Shown: piece by piece, positions 10,482 through 24,100 of the stretch | How positions within the stretch are numbered: the stretch's first letter is position 1 | How the letters are laid out: each line of letters opens with the position of its first letter | Assembly: GCA_043228905.1 (NCBI GenBank) | Contig: JBHGNT010000004.1 | Location: 14,322,001 to 14,386,000 of the forward strand | Source of the DNA: Azolla caroliniana | Lineage: Eukaryota; Plantae; Polypodiophyta | DNA: 64,000 nucleotides | Direction: 5' to 3' | Translations under genes and position numbers: made by a program | The notes under the pieces: generated by a model | What the model was told of the DNA's origin: nothing | The model's database searches: none | The model's input: only the letters and a program-made list of their open reading frames with translations

Positions 10482-13400
10482 ACAGGAAGAAAACTCTCGG
10501 AGCAAAACATGTACGAATCGGTCCAGATGGGGCATCTACGTACACGACCGTAATCGGAGGATTGAAGAAAGGATACCGACAAGTGGAGGATAAGTTGCGG
10601 TCAGCATCAATAATAAAAGAAGATGAAGAAATCGTGGGGATAGTTGAAGAAGTGTTCTATGGGAGCACGCTACAACGACTTGAAGAGCTTGCGGAAGATA
10701 AAAGCCAAGGGAACCGGGTAGTCCTGGTGGAATCGGTCGAGATGTACGAGATCATTGCGAAAATGGAGCCGGATACGCTCCGCAAAGAAGAAGCAATGGT
10801 AAGTACGAAATACAAGACCGTGGAGAAGAAGGTGAAACCGGCCGCGGGACCACTACCCGCCGATAGCGAACAAAAGAGGAAAGAAGTCTCGGGAGATCCG
10901 ACACTTCGGAAGTCCGTGGATATCGGACATGCCTTCATGGATGAGACCCGGAAGGAACTTCGGATCGGTGGAGGTGGGTTCCTATTACAAAAGGAAGAAG
11001 AACGGTTTCGCGAGATGTTGGAGCAACACGGCAAAGCGTTTTCATTTACATCAAGGGAGATAGGGTGTGTCGATCTGAGAATAGTGGAGCCAATGGTGAT
11101 CTTCACGATTGACCATGTACCGTGGAACCTGAAGCCGATTCCGGTGCCGCGAGCGCATATTCCGAAAGTCATTGACTTGCTAAAGGAGAAGGTGGCGATG
11201 GGGATTCGAGAGCCATCAACTGCTCCGTACTCAAATCGATGGTTTACGGTTCCGAAGAAGAATGGGTCACTCCGATTCATCCAAGACTTGCAACCGGTGA
11301 ATAAGGTCACGATCCGGAACTCGGGAGTCGGTCCGATAGTGGACGAATTTGCGGAAGCTTTTGCCGGTCGTGCGATATACTCCATCGGAGACCTATACTC
11401 GGGGTATGACCAATTCCAACTATCCGTGGAGAGCCGAGACATCACAACCATGCGAACACCGATAGGATCAGTACGAATGTGCACACTACCACAAGGAGCG
11501 ACAAACTCGGTCGCTCATATGATGAACGCGATGAACAAGGTGCTTCGAGACTGCATTCCGGAGATAACGATGCCGTTCCTCGATGACATTCCGATGAAAG
11601 GATGCGCGGTAGAAGAAAAAGATGAGACTATGGATGATCGGGGATGCCGAAAGTTCGTGGTCGACCATATTCATGATTGTGAGAAAGTGTTGCGAAAGCT
11701 AGAAGATGTGCACCTAACACTTTCCGGGGAGAAATCGGCATTCGGGCAAGAAGAAATATTGGTGGTCGGACATCTATGTGGGCCCTACGGCCGAAGACCG
11801 TCACCAACAAAGATCGATGCGATTCAAGCTATGGAGGAAGTATGCGAGTCAACATCTGAAGTCCGAAGGTTTCTCGGTGTATGTGCATTCTATCACATCT
11901 GGATTCCACACTATGCACATATAGCGGACCCGCTCTACCACTTGTTGCGGAAAGGTAAGAAATTCGAATGGAAACCGGAACACACCAAAGCCATGAAGAA
12001 ATTGAGGAAGACACTTCGGAGGGCGGAAGCACTTAAGAAGCCGAGCTACGACTGACCGATCATAGTAACGGTTGATACAAGTCCAACCGGTATCGGGTGG
12101 GTCATCAATCAAGCCGACTCGGATGGTTCGTGGTATCCGATCCGATTCGGAGCAAAGGTTCTCAACAAAAGGCAACGTGGATATGCACAAGTCAAAAGAG
12201 AAGTGTGGGGAGTCGTGTCGGCGATAAAATCGGATCGGGATTATTTGATCGGAGCCGAAGTGGTGATCGAGACGGATTGTCTTCCGATACTCGGGATGAT
12301 GCGGTTTTGTACGATACCGAATGTAGCTATGCTAAGGTGGGTTGCATATGTCAAGTCGCTTAATCCGGAGGTTCGACACATCTCGGGGAAGGACAATGCG
12401 GTAGCGGATATGCTATCAAGGGCTCGGTTCGGAGACGACATAACCGAATCGGATAATGAAGAAGTTTCCGAAGACTACTTCGCATCGGAGCACACATGCC
12501 GAGTGAACGTAATCCGAGAATTCCGGGAAGAAGAATACAAGGGAGAAAGCTTGATGATCGGAAAGATGTTACAAGAGGCCGAGGATTCAACAAACGATAA
12601 AGGAAGAAGAGCCGAGATCCGAAGGAAGAAGAGGCAAGTCCAAAAGTTCTTCTTGGAAAACGGATTAATATGGAGGGCGCCGAAAAGACCGGATGGTATA
12701 CCACTTCGAGTAGTCGGGACAAAAGAGCAACAAAACCGGATAATGTCCGAGTTTCACGAATCCGATTGGGCTGGACACCGAGGAACATGGGCAACATTTG
12801 TGAAGATCAAGCAAAAATATTGGTGGAAGAAAATGTACAAAGATGTCGCGGAGTTCACGGAAAGCTGCGAGAAATGTCAAGTCTACTCCGGGGTTCGACA
12901 TCGAGATGAGTTACATCCGACATTCTCACCGACAATCAACTTCAAGTGGATGGTCGACATAGTGGCCATGCCAACCGGGATCGGACAAAAGAAATACTTG
13001 GTATTAGCTCGGGAAGATCTCACGAATCAAGTAGAAGGTCGAGCGCTTCAGAGGAAAACGTGTTCCGCGGTATGCCAATTTCTTTTGGAGGAAGTATTTT
13101 GCAGGTACGGGTGTGTAGGACAAGTGATTGCGGACCGGGGAGAACTCGACTTGGACAAAGCTAGGGGATTCTTCGCCAAACATGGAGTTCGGTTATCGCT
13201 GACAACGACATACAATCCAGAGGCCAACGGGAAAATCGAACGAGGACATAGTCCGATCGTGAAAGCACTTGCGAAAGCATGCGATGGAAAGGTGAAGGAC
13301 TGGCCGCAGATGCTTCCGTATGCACTATGGGCGGATCAGACGACGCATAGCTCCGTAACCGGTTACATGCCGGCAGAATTCATGACCGGACAAGCACCGG

Positions 13401-14059
13401 TAATGCCGACGGAAACCGCGATCGCAACATGGACAGTGCTACCGTGGAAGGAAGAGATGAGCCGAGAAGAACTACTAGCGGTCCGGATACGACAACTAGA
13501 GGGAAGACCGGCAGACATAGCGGAAGCAATACGCCGACAACAAGAAGCACGATTCCGGAACAAAAGCCGGTTCGACACAAAGCACCGACTACGACCAAGG
13601 AGGATTGAAGAAGGAGATTGGGTGATCGTCTATGACAGTAGTTTGGACCATCAACATACAACGATGCGGAAATTCGCGAAAAGGTGGTTCGGGCCATACG
13701 AGGTTCGGAAAGTCTTCGACAACGGAACGTACCGACTGTCCGAGTTGGATGGAACAATACTACGAGTGCCTATAGCCAGGAAGCGGGTGAAGATTTTCAT
13801 GAAGCCGACCGACGACAAACCCTATGTGATCCAAGCCAAGGCCGACAACGAGGAGCAATCGGACGAAGTACACGGTGATGCGGGAAGCGAAGAAAGTGAA
13901 TTACAACTCATAGTCGACATAAGGGGAGAATCGGAGGAAGCTTTGGGTGAAGACGGATATGAGGAATCGAGAACTTCGGCACATACCGGAGGATGTGCGG
14001 GTTTGGAGGGGGCGAGTGCCGTAGTGTATTCCACACACTACGTGAAAACCATAAAATAA
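10424..14059 (+). pseudogene. pol: RT-RNase H-integrase of B, nearly intact
   Basis: Same-frame ORFs 10562-12055 and 12203-14059; PFLDDI, ETDC..DNAVADMLSR, HHCC, ADRGE, YNPEANGKIER, KRWFGPY. Confidence 0.95.
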
Positions 14060-14721
14060 TATATCCGATTTTAGATACATATAAATAAATAAATAATATA
14101 TCAAAACATTTATCACGTGCATAGGGCAGGATTCAAACCCTGCACCTCCACGTAGATAAACCCCAACTTTACCATTGTAATAACTTATCTTTAGTGTTAT
14201 ACATATAGATTTAATATGTATAAGACCTTTATTTACACATACCTTTATTAAAAGGTAAAAATCATGTATTCTTTAGAGTGTGAATACTTTATTTACACGT
14301 GACATTAAAAGTGACTCATGCACATCTAGCGTGCATGAGCCCTATATTTAGGAAATGACACAGCATCACATGCACATTTAGTGTGCATGGACACTTTTGG
14401 TGAAAAAGCATGAAGCCATGCTTAGCCTCTTCCATCTTTATATAAGGAGGGGAGAAATATGTATAAGGTTGTTGATTAATATACAAGGATTGATCAATCT
14501 AATATATTTGTGGGATTCACGAATTTTGCCATCTAAATTACTCTTATAATCTAAATATCGTTTTAAATACACTAAACTCGTGGGATTCACGAGATTGTTA
14601 TCTTACTTCTCTTTCCACTATTCATAACTAGCCTTAAGTTGTATTCCTCTTCCTCCTAGTCCAAAACCTCAGTGGTTCCCACCCGACTCACGCAAACGAT
14701 CCGGAGCCGAAAGGCACGAGA
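14017..14721 (+). repeat. 3' LTR of B
   Basis: Follows PPT GGAGGGGGCGAG; direct repeat of 7641-8345. Confidence 0.95.
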
Positions 14722-14825
14722 ACAGTTCAACATGTCGTATGCGAAGCCAGTTGGGTCGACACTGCCAACGAACCGCAAACTGAGTAAAGACCAATGTCTG
14801 AAATCGAGAACAGAAAAGGCCGAGA
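14722..14825 (+). pseudogene. pol: Host copia K: RT fragment 2
   Basis: FNMSYAKPVGSTLPTNRKLS..EKAE continues the 7640 breakpoint. Confidence 0.85.
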
Positions 14826-15199
14826 TGGAAAATTTTAGGAAGGTACTCTGGCTCTTCTTTTTGCACAATGGATCGTTATGTGCTGGATCATTTAGTGTAC
14901 TCAAGAAAGAAAAGGAAGGGGGAAGGAGACTTACCTCTATAGCTTCTATTTCATTGCACACAAAGAAACCTCTCTCATCTGTTTTCCTCTTCTCTTACAA
15001 CTTTTCTCATTACCTTTTACCTAAGTATATAAGTGACTTATATATGCCACTAAATAGTTGTGAATAGCTAAATAGTTGTGAGTAGCTAAATAACTATTTT
15101 GCTTATATGTCCACTAGTAGCTAATTTCCGAATAGCTACTATAAGAGATCTCACTTAGCAATATGCATCATATGCTTTTGTTGAGCTTGTTTCTCAACA
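14826..15199 (-). repeat. 3' LTR of D (left edge approximate)
   Basis: Minus strand begins TGTTGAGAAACAAGCTCAAC, like the F-family LTRs; left edge placed where host homology stops (TGGAAAA). Confidence 0.7.
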
Positions 15200-15214
15200 C
15201 TGCCCCTCAAGCTC

Positions 15215-18200
15215 AACTTATCCTTTCTTGAGATCATCTTCAATCTTCTTTCCTTCATGCTTTTCAGTTGTCATACCAATGGTTATAACTCCCATCATGT
15301 CCCAAAACTGTGTATGTTTTTCTATGCTTAGTCCCTTCGTAAGAATATCAGCAGCTTGCTGATTTGTGGTTACATAGAGCAATCTACTTCACCATTAATC
15401 ACTTTTTCTCTAACAAAGTCATAATGCACTTCAATGTGCTTTATTCTTACATGGAACACTGGGTTTTTTGCGAGCTGAATGATGCTCATATTGTCACACC
15501 AAATTGTGACTGCATCATCTATATACTCACCCAAATTAGCAAGCAATATTTTGATCCATACCTCTTCACAAGTGGCTATTGAAGCTCCTCTATATTCAAC
15601 TTTAGTACTCGATAATACAACAATAGCTAGTTTCTTGCTACTCCATGAAATAGTTGCACTTCCCAATGTAAATATATATCCACTTGTGGATCTTCTATCA
15701 GTTTGGCTTCCAGGCCAATCCGCATCTATATATCCTTCCAACTTTATGTCCAGATCAGCCCTGTAAAACAATTCATAGTTCTAAGTAGCTTTTACATATC
15801 TCAAGATTCTTCTAATGCAGTCCAAGTGTGGCTTCGTTGGTTATTTCATAAACTGACTGACTAATCCAACACCATAACTCAAATCAGGTCTTGTTATAGT
15901 CAAATATATGAGGCTGCCCACCATATACCTGTACATGTTTACATCTTCTATTTTGGCTCCCAAATCAGCCCTCAATTTGCAGTTCTTATCTAATGGTACA
16001 TCAATAGGTTTACTTCTTCAACATAGTTGTTGCACACTTTTTTTGCAACATATATATACCACTTTCAAATCTGATCATCTCAATACCAAGAAAGTATCTC
16101 AACTCTCCCAAATCTTTCATATTAAATTGCATTTCAAGATTTTTCTTAAGCTTCCTTATTTCGTCCATAGAATCACCTCCAATGATTAAGTCATCATATC
16201 AAGATATCAACAATGTAATAATTTATCTTCTTTACATATAGTGATGGATCAACTTTTGACATTTTGAAGGCAATTTTTTTCAAAGATTCTGAAAGTTCTT
16301 TATGCCATGCTCTTGGTGCTTGTTTCAGTCCATAGAGAGCCTTTTTCAGCTTACAAACATATTTTGGATGCTTCTTATCTTCAAAACCTGGTGGTTGAGA
16401 CATATACACTTCTTCTTCCAAGTTACCATGTAAAAAAACAGTTTTTACATCCATATGGTGCAGAACCCATCTTTTGGCTACACTCACAACAAGTAGTGTC
16501 CTCAATGTTGCCATCTTTGCAACCGGTGCAAATGTTACATCATAATCAATTCCTTGCATCTGGGCATATCCCTTTGCAACAGATCTTGCTTTGTGTCTAC
16601 TAACATTTCCATTTGAGTCATGCTTTGTCTTGTAGACCCATTTGCAACCTATGTTTTGGTAACTTTACCAAATCCCATGTTCTGTTTTCAGCCAATGCAT
16701 CTATTTCTTCTTGCATTGCATTCACCCATTTCTTATAAGATTTGGCTTCATCAAAACTATTTGCATCAGGGATTTGTACCACTTTAGATGTATATGCATA
16801 ATGCATAGCCATGTATGTATCATAACCAAATCTTTCAACAATTTTTTTTCTCTATCTGATCTTCTCAGTTTCTGATTTGCATCTTTGATTTCTTTTTCCA
16901 TACAAGGGATTTTCAAGGCTCCTATACCAAGCTCATCATCCAACGATGTATCTGAATCTACATCTTCCATGTTTCTAGTTTCATCATCAAGCATTTCATA
17001 TTCTGGCATCTTCTGTTTTCCCTTTCTATCATCATATTTTTTGTCCTGCATTTTTTCCACTCCATGCATTTAAATCAGATTTACTACCAGAGTTTTTAGA
17101 TGGTCTGGAACATTCTATTGAAGTTGAACTTTGTTGTCCAACATTGTTTCCATCTCTATGGCAATCTCTTCCTTTTTCAGATTTATCCATCTTCATTTTC
17201 GTAGTCTTCATCAATTTCTACATTTTCTTTTGGGTTGTACCAGCTACCCAACTCATCAAATATTACATCACGGCTCACTACAATATTTTTTTTCAATGGT
17301 TTATAGCATCTATACCCTTTTTTCTCCTCTAAATATCCAACAAGAACACATTTTTTAGCTTTTGGATCAAGCTTACTTCTTACATGAACATAGCCAAGGC
17401 ATCCAAATACTTTTAAGTGTCCTAAAGTAGGTTTCCTTCCATAGAAACATTCTTCAAGAGTTACTTCATGTACTCCAGATGTTATACATCTATTTAGAAT
17501 AAAGTTTCCTGTGTTTAGAGCTTCTGCCCAGTAATACAATGACATATTCTTTTTAGTCATTAAGGCTCTTGCTATGTTCACCAAAGTTCTGTTTTACCTC
17601 TCAGCCACTCCATTTTGCTATGGAGTATATCTACATGTGAACTATCTCCTTATCCCTTGATTTCATTGAAAATCAGAAAATTCATTTGAGAAATATTCTA
17701 CTCCTCCATCAGATCTTAAACACTTTATTCTAATCCCAGCTTGCTTTTCTACCATGCATTTGAACTGACGAAAGCAATCAAATACTTCACTTTTTTCTTT
17801 CATGAAGTAAGCCCATGTTTTCCTTGAGCAATCATCAATAACGGTTACATAGAACCTGCAACCACCAATTGAGACATTTTTTGTTGGCCCCCATACATCC
17901 GTATGTACCATATCCAACAAATTTTTGCTTACATGTCTTTCATGAGGGAAAGGCAACCTGTTTTGCTTTCCATATTGGCATGCTTCACATATTTTCCTCA
18001 TCTCACATTCTTTGAACTTAGGCAGTCTAGCCACTATATTTTTCCTCAACATATTTTTCAAGGTTTGCATACTTATGTGACTAAATCTTTTATGCCACAT
18101 CTCCACATCTGAGATTACATTCATTCCTTCTACAAACATGGTTGTAATCTATTTAGGCAAATCCACATCTAACACAAACATCATTCCTTGTCATTTTCCT

Positions 18201-19489
18201 TTTAGAATAAGCTTTTCCCGTTTCTCTATAAAGCACCCTCTTTGCTTAAACTTAACTTGCATTCTTTGCTTCACTATCTGTCCAACAGAAATCAGATTTT
18301 TTTGCAAGGTTTGGCACATGCATTAACATTCAGCATATACTTTGTTTTTCCTTTTTCTTCCCACAATCGGATATCTCCAACATGCTCGATTGTATGAGTG
18401 GTGTTATCACCTGTTTGTATGTAACCAGGAATCTCTAGTTCTCTTAAACTTTCAAACCAATTTGCATGTCCTGTCATATGATTAGATGCCCCAGAATCTA
18501 CATACCACATAAAATCTTCATTCCATCTCTGTGAACATTCAGCCATTGCTGTTGTTTCATGTTGCATCACAAATGCATCATCTTTATCACAGTCTTCACA
18601 AGTTGAAGCATAATTATTTTGCTGTCTCTTCCCTCTTTTTCAATCGTTTTGCTTTTTATAGCATTGAGCCTGAGTATGGCCTGGTTTTCCACAATACCAA
18701 CATCCATCAGCATTCAAATAAGTTTGCTTACCTCTTCCTTGATTGCTCCCCGTGCCTCTGATGTTATTTCTTCCACTTGTAGCTTGTTGTCCTCTTCCTT
18801 GATAATTATTGTTGGTTCTAGTTGAACCAAATCTTCCAAGACCTCTTCCATGGCCTCTTCCTCAGCCTCAGAGTTTCCTTTGTTTACATCATCCATCTGA
18901 TTTCTTTCTTCCACTACAAGCATTCAAACTAGATCTGAAAAACTTGAGATGCTATCCCTTGTGAGAAAAAAAGTTTTGAAGCTTTTATATTGAGGTCCTA
19001 AGCCTCTTAAGCATATTTCCACCTTATCATCATCTTCTACCTTCACATTAATAGAAGCAAGTGATTCACATATGCTCTTTATTTTCAGAGCATACTCATT
19101 AACTGACATCTTACCTTTTTCCAAGGTATTTAGCTCAATCTTCAACTCAAGCCTTCTAGCCTTTGTGTTTACTGCAAATAGTTTTACCAAACTGTCCCAA
19201 GCTTCTTTTGGAAACAAAGCATCTTGTATGTGTCCAAGCATCGAATCTGAGATGCTAAATGACAGGCAATGCAATACTTTCCTTGCCCCTTGATTCCATT
19301 CCTTAAATGCTTTAATTTGTGTAGTAGTTGCATTTTCTTAGGGATCTCGAGAGCCTCTTCTAGGTCTCCTTCAATGTAATCCCAATATCCTTTTCCCATT
19401 ACGAAATTTGTCATTCAGAATTTCCACGCAGGGAAATTGTTTTTGTCCAACTTTTCTGTGACTATTTGGCTTCCATTCTTAGCAGCCAT
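15215..19489 (-). pseudogene. pol: gag-pol of D, heavily disrupted
   Basis: Fragments 18924-19274, 18292-18570, 17663-18139, 17183-17584, 16194-16559, 15370-15771. Confidence 0.9.
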
Positions 19490-19599
19490 TCACTCTTTCA
19501 AATTAGGGCTTTTGCTGTGATTAACTTCACAAACAACTCTCTGATTTAGACTAGCAACCAGAACCAAACTTCTCAAATTTGTATTGTTCCTCTTTACAA

Positions 19600-19860
19600 G
19601 CCTACCACTCGAGGAACAAACACATCTAGAGGAGATACCATTGGCTTCGAGAAAGAGTAGAAGAGAAGGAGTTTGCTCTAACTATGGTTCACATGACCGA
19701 GAATGGATCGGACATGCTGACGGAGGTATTGTCAGCTGAAAAGCTGAACACGTGTCGACAGAGGGTTGGACTAGTGAAGTACCCCATGCTAGAGTGAAGG
19801 AGTTTGTTAGGAAATAGGCCCTCCCCTCCGGATGGGAAGAGAGAAGAGCCAAGTTGATGA
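19600..19860 (+). mobile_element. Host copia K: RNase H C-terminus, PPT and start of the 3' LTR (19805)
   Basis: AYHSRNKHI*RRYHWLRERVEEKEF..ENGSDMLT..YPMLE*, then TGTTAGGAAA..CCGGATGGGAAG as in E-family LTRs. Confidence 0.8.
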
Positions 19861-19939
19861 CGAAATCTCCCAAGGCCGATAGGCCGAGGTAGAAACTGAA
19901 ATCGTGTAGAGAGCCAACTCGGGAGACTATATCTGTAAA

Positions 19940-20926
19940 TAGTCGAAAAGTAGAATCAGATGAAGAATTCGATTTTGGCACAATTGAAGAAGTCAGAATG
20001 TCTAGATCAGCTAGAGAAGCCGAGGACGCATGGACATGTGGAAGAAGATCAGCTAAGCAAAGGCTAGCCACATGTAGGGGGAGTGGCCGCAAGAGAGATC
20101 CAAAGCCTTAGCCAACCCACAAAGGGAAGGCCAAGACCAAGACATGGGTAGATGTGGTCAAGGGCTTGAAGGAGGAAGAATGAAAGACAACTAATTTGGA
20201 AAAGAGCTTGAATGAATCGGAGACAACCGATTCGGTCGAGGAGTTCAATTCAGACAAACCAAATCACATGAACGCTAGGCGGATGAGAAGGCAGCTGAAG
20301 CCGACGTTGAGACGGAGGAGCCAATGGGTCGAGGGGCGCCAATACTTTGATAGCAACAGAGCTGACAAGGACCTTACGAGCAAACAAGCCGATCGAAAGG
20401 GTCAATATGTGTGGAAGTGGATGGTTCGAGGAGCACGAGCGAGGCATGAAGACGCTAGGAGAAGCCGGAAGCAAGGACTGGCAAAGTTAGGCACCATGAT
20501 ACCATGATCCGACCTCAAGTTAAGATGGAGGGGGAATGTTTAGCGGACAAGCTCAACATGATCCAAATCGGCTGAATGAGCCACGAGTTGGATCGGTGTC
20601 TAGAACGAAGAACCAGATCGGCATTTGGAAGCAAGAGCCAGATAGGTGTCCTGGTAGGCCGTTAGAGGCCCATGATTCTTGTCTACTAGGTAGTTATGTT
20701 CCTAGGAGTTAGTGTCAGTCGCTCAGTATGAGCATTGAAGTAATTGCCAGTACTTCTGTCAGTCCTTTTAAATTAGTATGTACAGAGTTTACAGAGTGTT
20801 TTTGAATTCAGGTTCATTTTCTTGCTCTCTATCAACCTACTTTGTGTATTCCATTCTCTATGTTTTCTGTTCCTATCTGGCTGAGTCGGTTGAGATCTAT
20901 TTAGCTTCCGTATATTATCTTTTACA
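19940..20926 (+). mobile_element. Element F0: 3' remnant of an F-family copia (extra 3' region plus LTR 20537-20926)
   Basis: 19940-20250 is homologous to 37350-37700; PPT GGAGGGGGAA; LTR TGTTTAGCGGACAAGCTCAACA...CTTTTACA resembles the F1 and F2 LTRs. Confidence 0.75.
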
Positions 20927-21101
20927 AAATTAAATTTGGCCAACAATGATACAGAGCCGAAAATAGTGTTCATAGCAAAAGAGATGTAGTCGTCTGACTA
21001 GACAAGGCTCACCAAACTATTATGTCAATACATAGATGTGTTTGTGTGGTTGTTCGAAGATATGATGGGACTAGATCCATCTTTCTGTTAGCATCATATT
21101 C
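20927..21101 (+). pseudogene. pol: Fragment T2: Athila/Tat-like gypsy, start of RT
   Basis: Translates to KINLAN..LLCQYIDVFVWLFEDMMGLDPSFC*HHI. Confidence 0.65.
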
Positions 21102-24100
21102 TAACAAGAACTACACGCTCTCGATGAACAACGCTCGGCAACAACCGAGTCTAAAATCAAACACAGAAAATGGATAATGAACGCACGACACAATGAAGAG
21201 AAGAGTACACAGGATGTTAACATGGAAAACCCGAACTAGGGAAAAAACCACGGCAGCCCATAGACTGCAAACTATCACTATATCAGAATGTACAATAGTA
21301 GAGCACCGAGGCAACGATCTCGAGCTTGTTATCTTCGCCACTGGCGGCGGTTACAACAGAGGCAACAACCTCTTCTTCTCTCTCTCTCTCTCTCTCTCTC
21401 TGTACATTGTTACGCGCTCTAATCTTGCACCAACAAGAATGACAACAGATATATCTAAACTTTGCCCTAAGTCATATTTATACTAATATGACTTTTCGGC
21501 TATTTACAAATATAGCCCCGATGGACTCTCAGAAACATATTTCCGAATATGTCCCTTCATCCGGTGAGCACTCCTCACCAGGCCTGCATCATCCGGCGCT
21601 TGCCGGGCACACGTCATCCGGTTCACACCGGGTCTTCCGTAGCCGGGTACTCGTCATCCGGTTCCAGCCTCAGCTTATCGGCCTCGGCCGAGTTTGCCCA
21701 TCAGTATTGTTCTTCTCACTTCCCATCCGAAGGGACCTGTTTCCTAACAAACTCCCCCTTCACTCCGGCATGGGATGTCTTACTAGTCCGATCCGCTTCT
21801 GGCATGCATCTAGCTTGTCGGGTATCAGTACTTTGGTCAGCATATCTGACCCATTCTCGGCTGTGTGGATCTTCACCAGTGCGAACTCCTTGTCATCTAC
21901 TCTTTCCCGGATCCAGTGATCCACGCCCTTCTTCTGCTGGAACCCCTTCACCACGATCCTGGATTTGTATCTCGGGGGGTTGCCGGCATCGCCCGGTTTC
22001 AACTTGTACACCCACTTGTTTCGGAGTGCCCGCTTTCCTTTCGGCAACTCCACCAATTCGTATCTATGGTTCTCATGCAGGGAATCCATCTCGTCCTGCA
22101 TGGCACTTAACCATTTTCGGCTGTGGGTGTCTTCCTTCACTTTTTCGAAGCTTTCCGGCTCCCCCTCATCGGTCAGCAGAACATGCTCTGCATCCGGAAA
22201 TCTCCGGGGCGCCCTTCTCTCTCTGAGAGGATATCTCCGTCTTCGGGCTTCGGTAACCGGCTCCTCCATTTGCTCTTCATCCGAATCCGATTCGGGGTCT
22301 TGGCCAGTTCCGGTCTCAGCTTCCTCTACTTCTTCTTCTGCCGGTTCGGTATCCTCACCGTAACCGGTTGGTTCCTCGAGTGCTAACCGGTCTCTTGCCG
22401 GTTGGGTCTGCTCATCGTAGAGTCTATCCTTACCAGTCGACTCAGAGTTCATTATCTTCTTCTCCAACTCCCAGTCGACGAGCGTCTTGTCCTCCTTACC
22501 TTCTTGTCGACCGGGTCCCACACTCGGTAGCCGAACTCATCGTCACCGTAACCAAGGAATATGCATGGCCGGGTCTTTGGATCTAACTTACCTCTCCGGT
22601 CCTTAGCTACATGCACGTAAGCGAGACACCCGAACACCGTCAGATGCCGGTAGGATACTTCCTTACCGATCCACACTCTTTTTGGCGTGTCTCCGTCCAA
22701 GGGTACTGAGGGTGATCTATTTATCACGTATGTCGCCGTCGACAGTGCCTTAGCCCAAAACTTCTTGGGTAGTTTTGCATGCGCTAGCATACTCCGGACC
22801 CTCTCCATTATGGTCCGGTTCATCCTCTTGGCTAGTCTGATTAGTTCCGGCGTCTTCGGCACGGTAAATTCGAGCCGGATTCCTTTCGAGCGGCAGTACT
22901 CCTCAAACTGCCCCCGGTACTCTCCTCCGTTATCTGCTCGAACCGCCTTCAGCTTCCGGCCGGTTTCTCTTTCCACTCTCGCGTGGAGCTCTTTGAAGAC
23001 GGATAACACCTGATCCTTCGTCTTCAGCGGTGTGGCCCACAGCTTCCGGTTGTGGTCATCTATGAACGTCACGAAGTACTGCGCTCCGGCATGTGACTTC
23101 GTGTCTACTTGACACACATCCGTATGCACCAACTCCAGTGGTGCATTACGTCTCATCGGTGAACTCGGTCGGAAGGAGGTCCGGTTCTGCTTACCGGCCA
23201 TACAATCAGTGCACTTCTCTAAGTGCACGTTCTTCACTGGAATGAGGTTGTCGTCTGCAAGCCTCTTCATCCCCTTCTCACTCATAGGACACAGTCTCTT
23301 GTGCCACAGCTCACCGGCAGTGTCAAATGCCACGTTCACTTCTTCAGGACATATCCGGGCATTCATCAGTTACAGTGTGTTTACCTTCCGGGCCCGAGCC
23401 ACAATCAGGCTCCCTTTGTTGAACTTCAAGACACCATTCCGGATGCTACCCGTGTAGCCTTCATCATCTAGCCGACCGGCTGATATAAGGTTCATACGAA
23501 CTTCCGGAACGTGTCGGACATCCTTCAGCAGCAACTTGCATCCGGTTGGTGTTGTCAGCCACACGTCTCCTATGCCAACAATTCGGCATGTTCCTTCATT
23601 CCCCATCCGGACACAGCCGTGATCACCGGCTGAATAAGATGAGAAGCATTTCCGGTCCGGGGTAAGGTGGAATGACGCTCCGGAGTCTACCACCTAGGTC
23701 ATCTTGTCGCCGGTAAGGTTTATTTCACTCTCCTCGGTAATGAGCATCAACTCTTCTTCACTTGCCGCGATTGCCGTCGTTCCCTTCCGGTCCGGCCCCC
23801 TCCGGTCTTTACCGTTCCGGTCCGAGGTTTGCTTCGAATCGGTACCATCGGTTTCCTTGTCTTTACGGAAAAGCCGACAGTTCTTTTGGAAGTGTCCCAG
23901 CCTACCACAATAGAAGCAAGTAGGCCTCCCCCTTGACTTTGACCGTGTCCCCGACTTCTCCCGGTTCTGGGGACTACGGTTTCTCTGTCTTCCGCGTTCC
24001 GATTTGGCAAGGAGCGCTTTGGAGTCGGAGCTCGTATCTTTGTCTTTCCGACGCGCTTCCTCATCTAGCAAGCTCGACTTTACTCTTGCTAGGGATAACC

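Larger units (their letters stand above)
7641..14721 (+). mobile_element. Element B: full-length, young Ty3/gypsy (same group as A) inserted in the copia K RT
   Basis: Two 705-bp LTRs with about 5 differences seen by eye, tRNA-Trp PBS and PPT. The host RT (KVL.R|FNM) resumes after it; flanks ACGG/ACAG. Confidence 0.96.
14826..19599 (-). mobile_element. Element D: AT-rich Ty1/copia; 5' LTR and PBS lost
   Basis: 3' LTR about 14826-15199 and PPT 15200-15210. Decayed gag (EKLDKNNF), PR (WYVDSGASNHM), GAG-pre-integrase, INT, RT and RH (KHIEVHYDFVRE) on the minus strand. Joins host RNase H at about 19600. Confidence 0.88.

Noticed and set aside
10657-11484. 275-aa antisense ORF over the RT of B (similar ones at 52398-52922 and 62344-62628)
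   Set aside because: Shadow ORFs opposite a coding frame; no independent motifs
19630-19645. GATACCA resembling the missing iMet PBS of element D
   Set aside because: It is the RRYHW coding sequence of host copia K RNase H, and no LTR follows
21488-22226. Recurring plus-strand ORFs (MTFRLFTNIAPMDSQKH.., also at 25031, 28321 and 32929) that look like a gene family
   Set aside because: They recur because they lie within E-family LTR copies and their repeat array; no evidence of coding constraint
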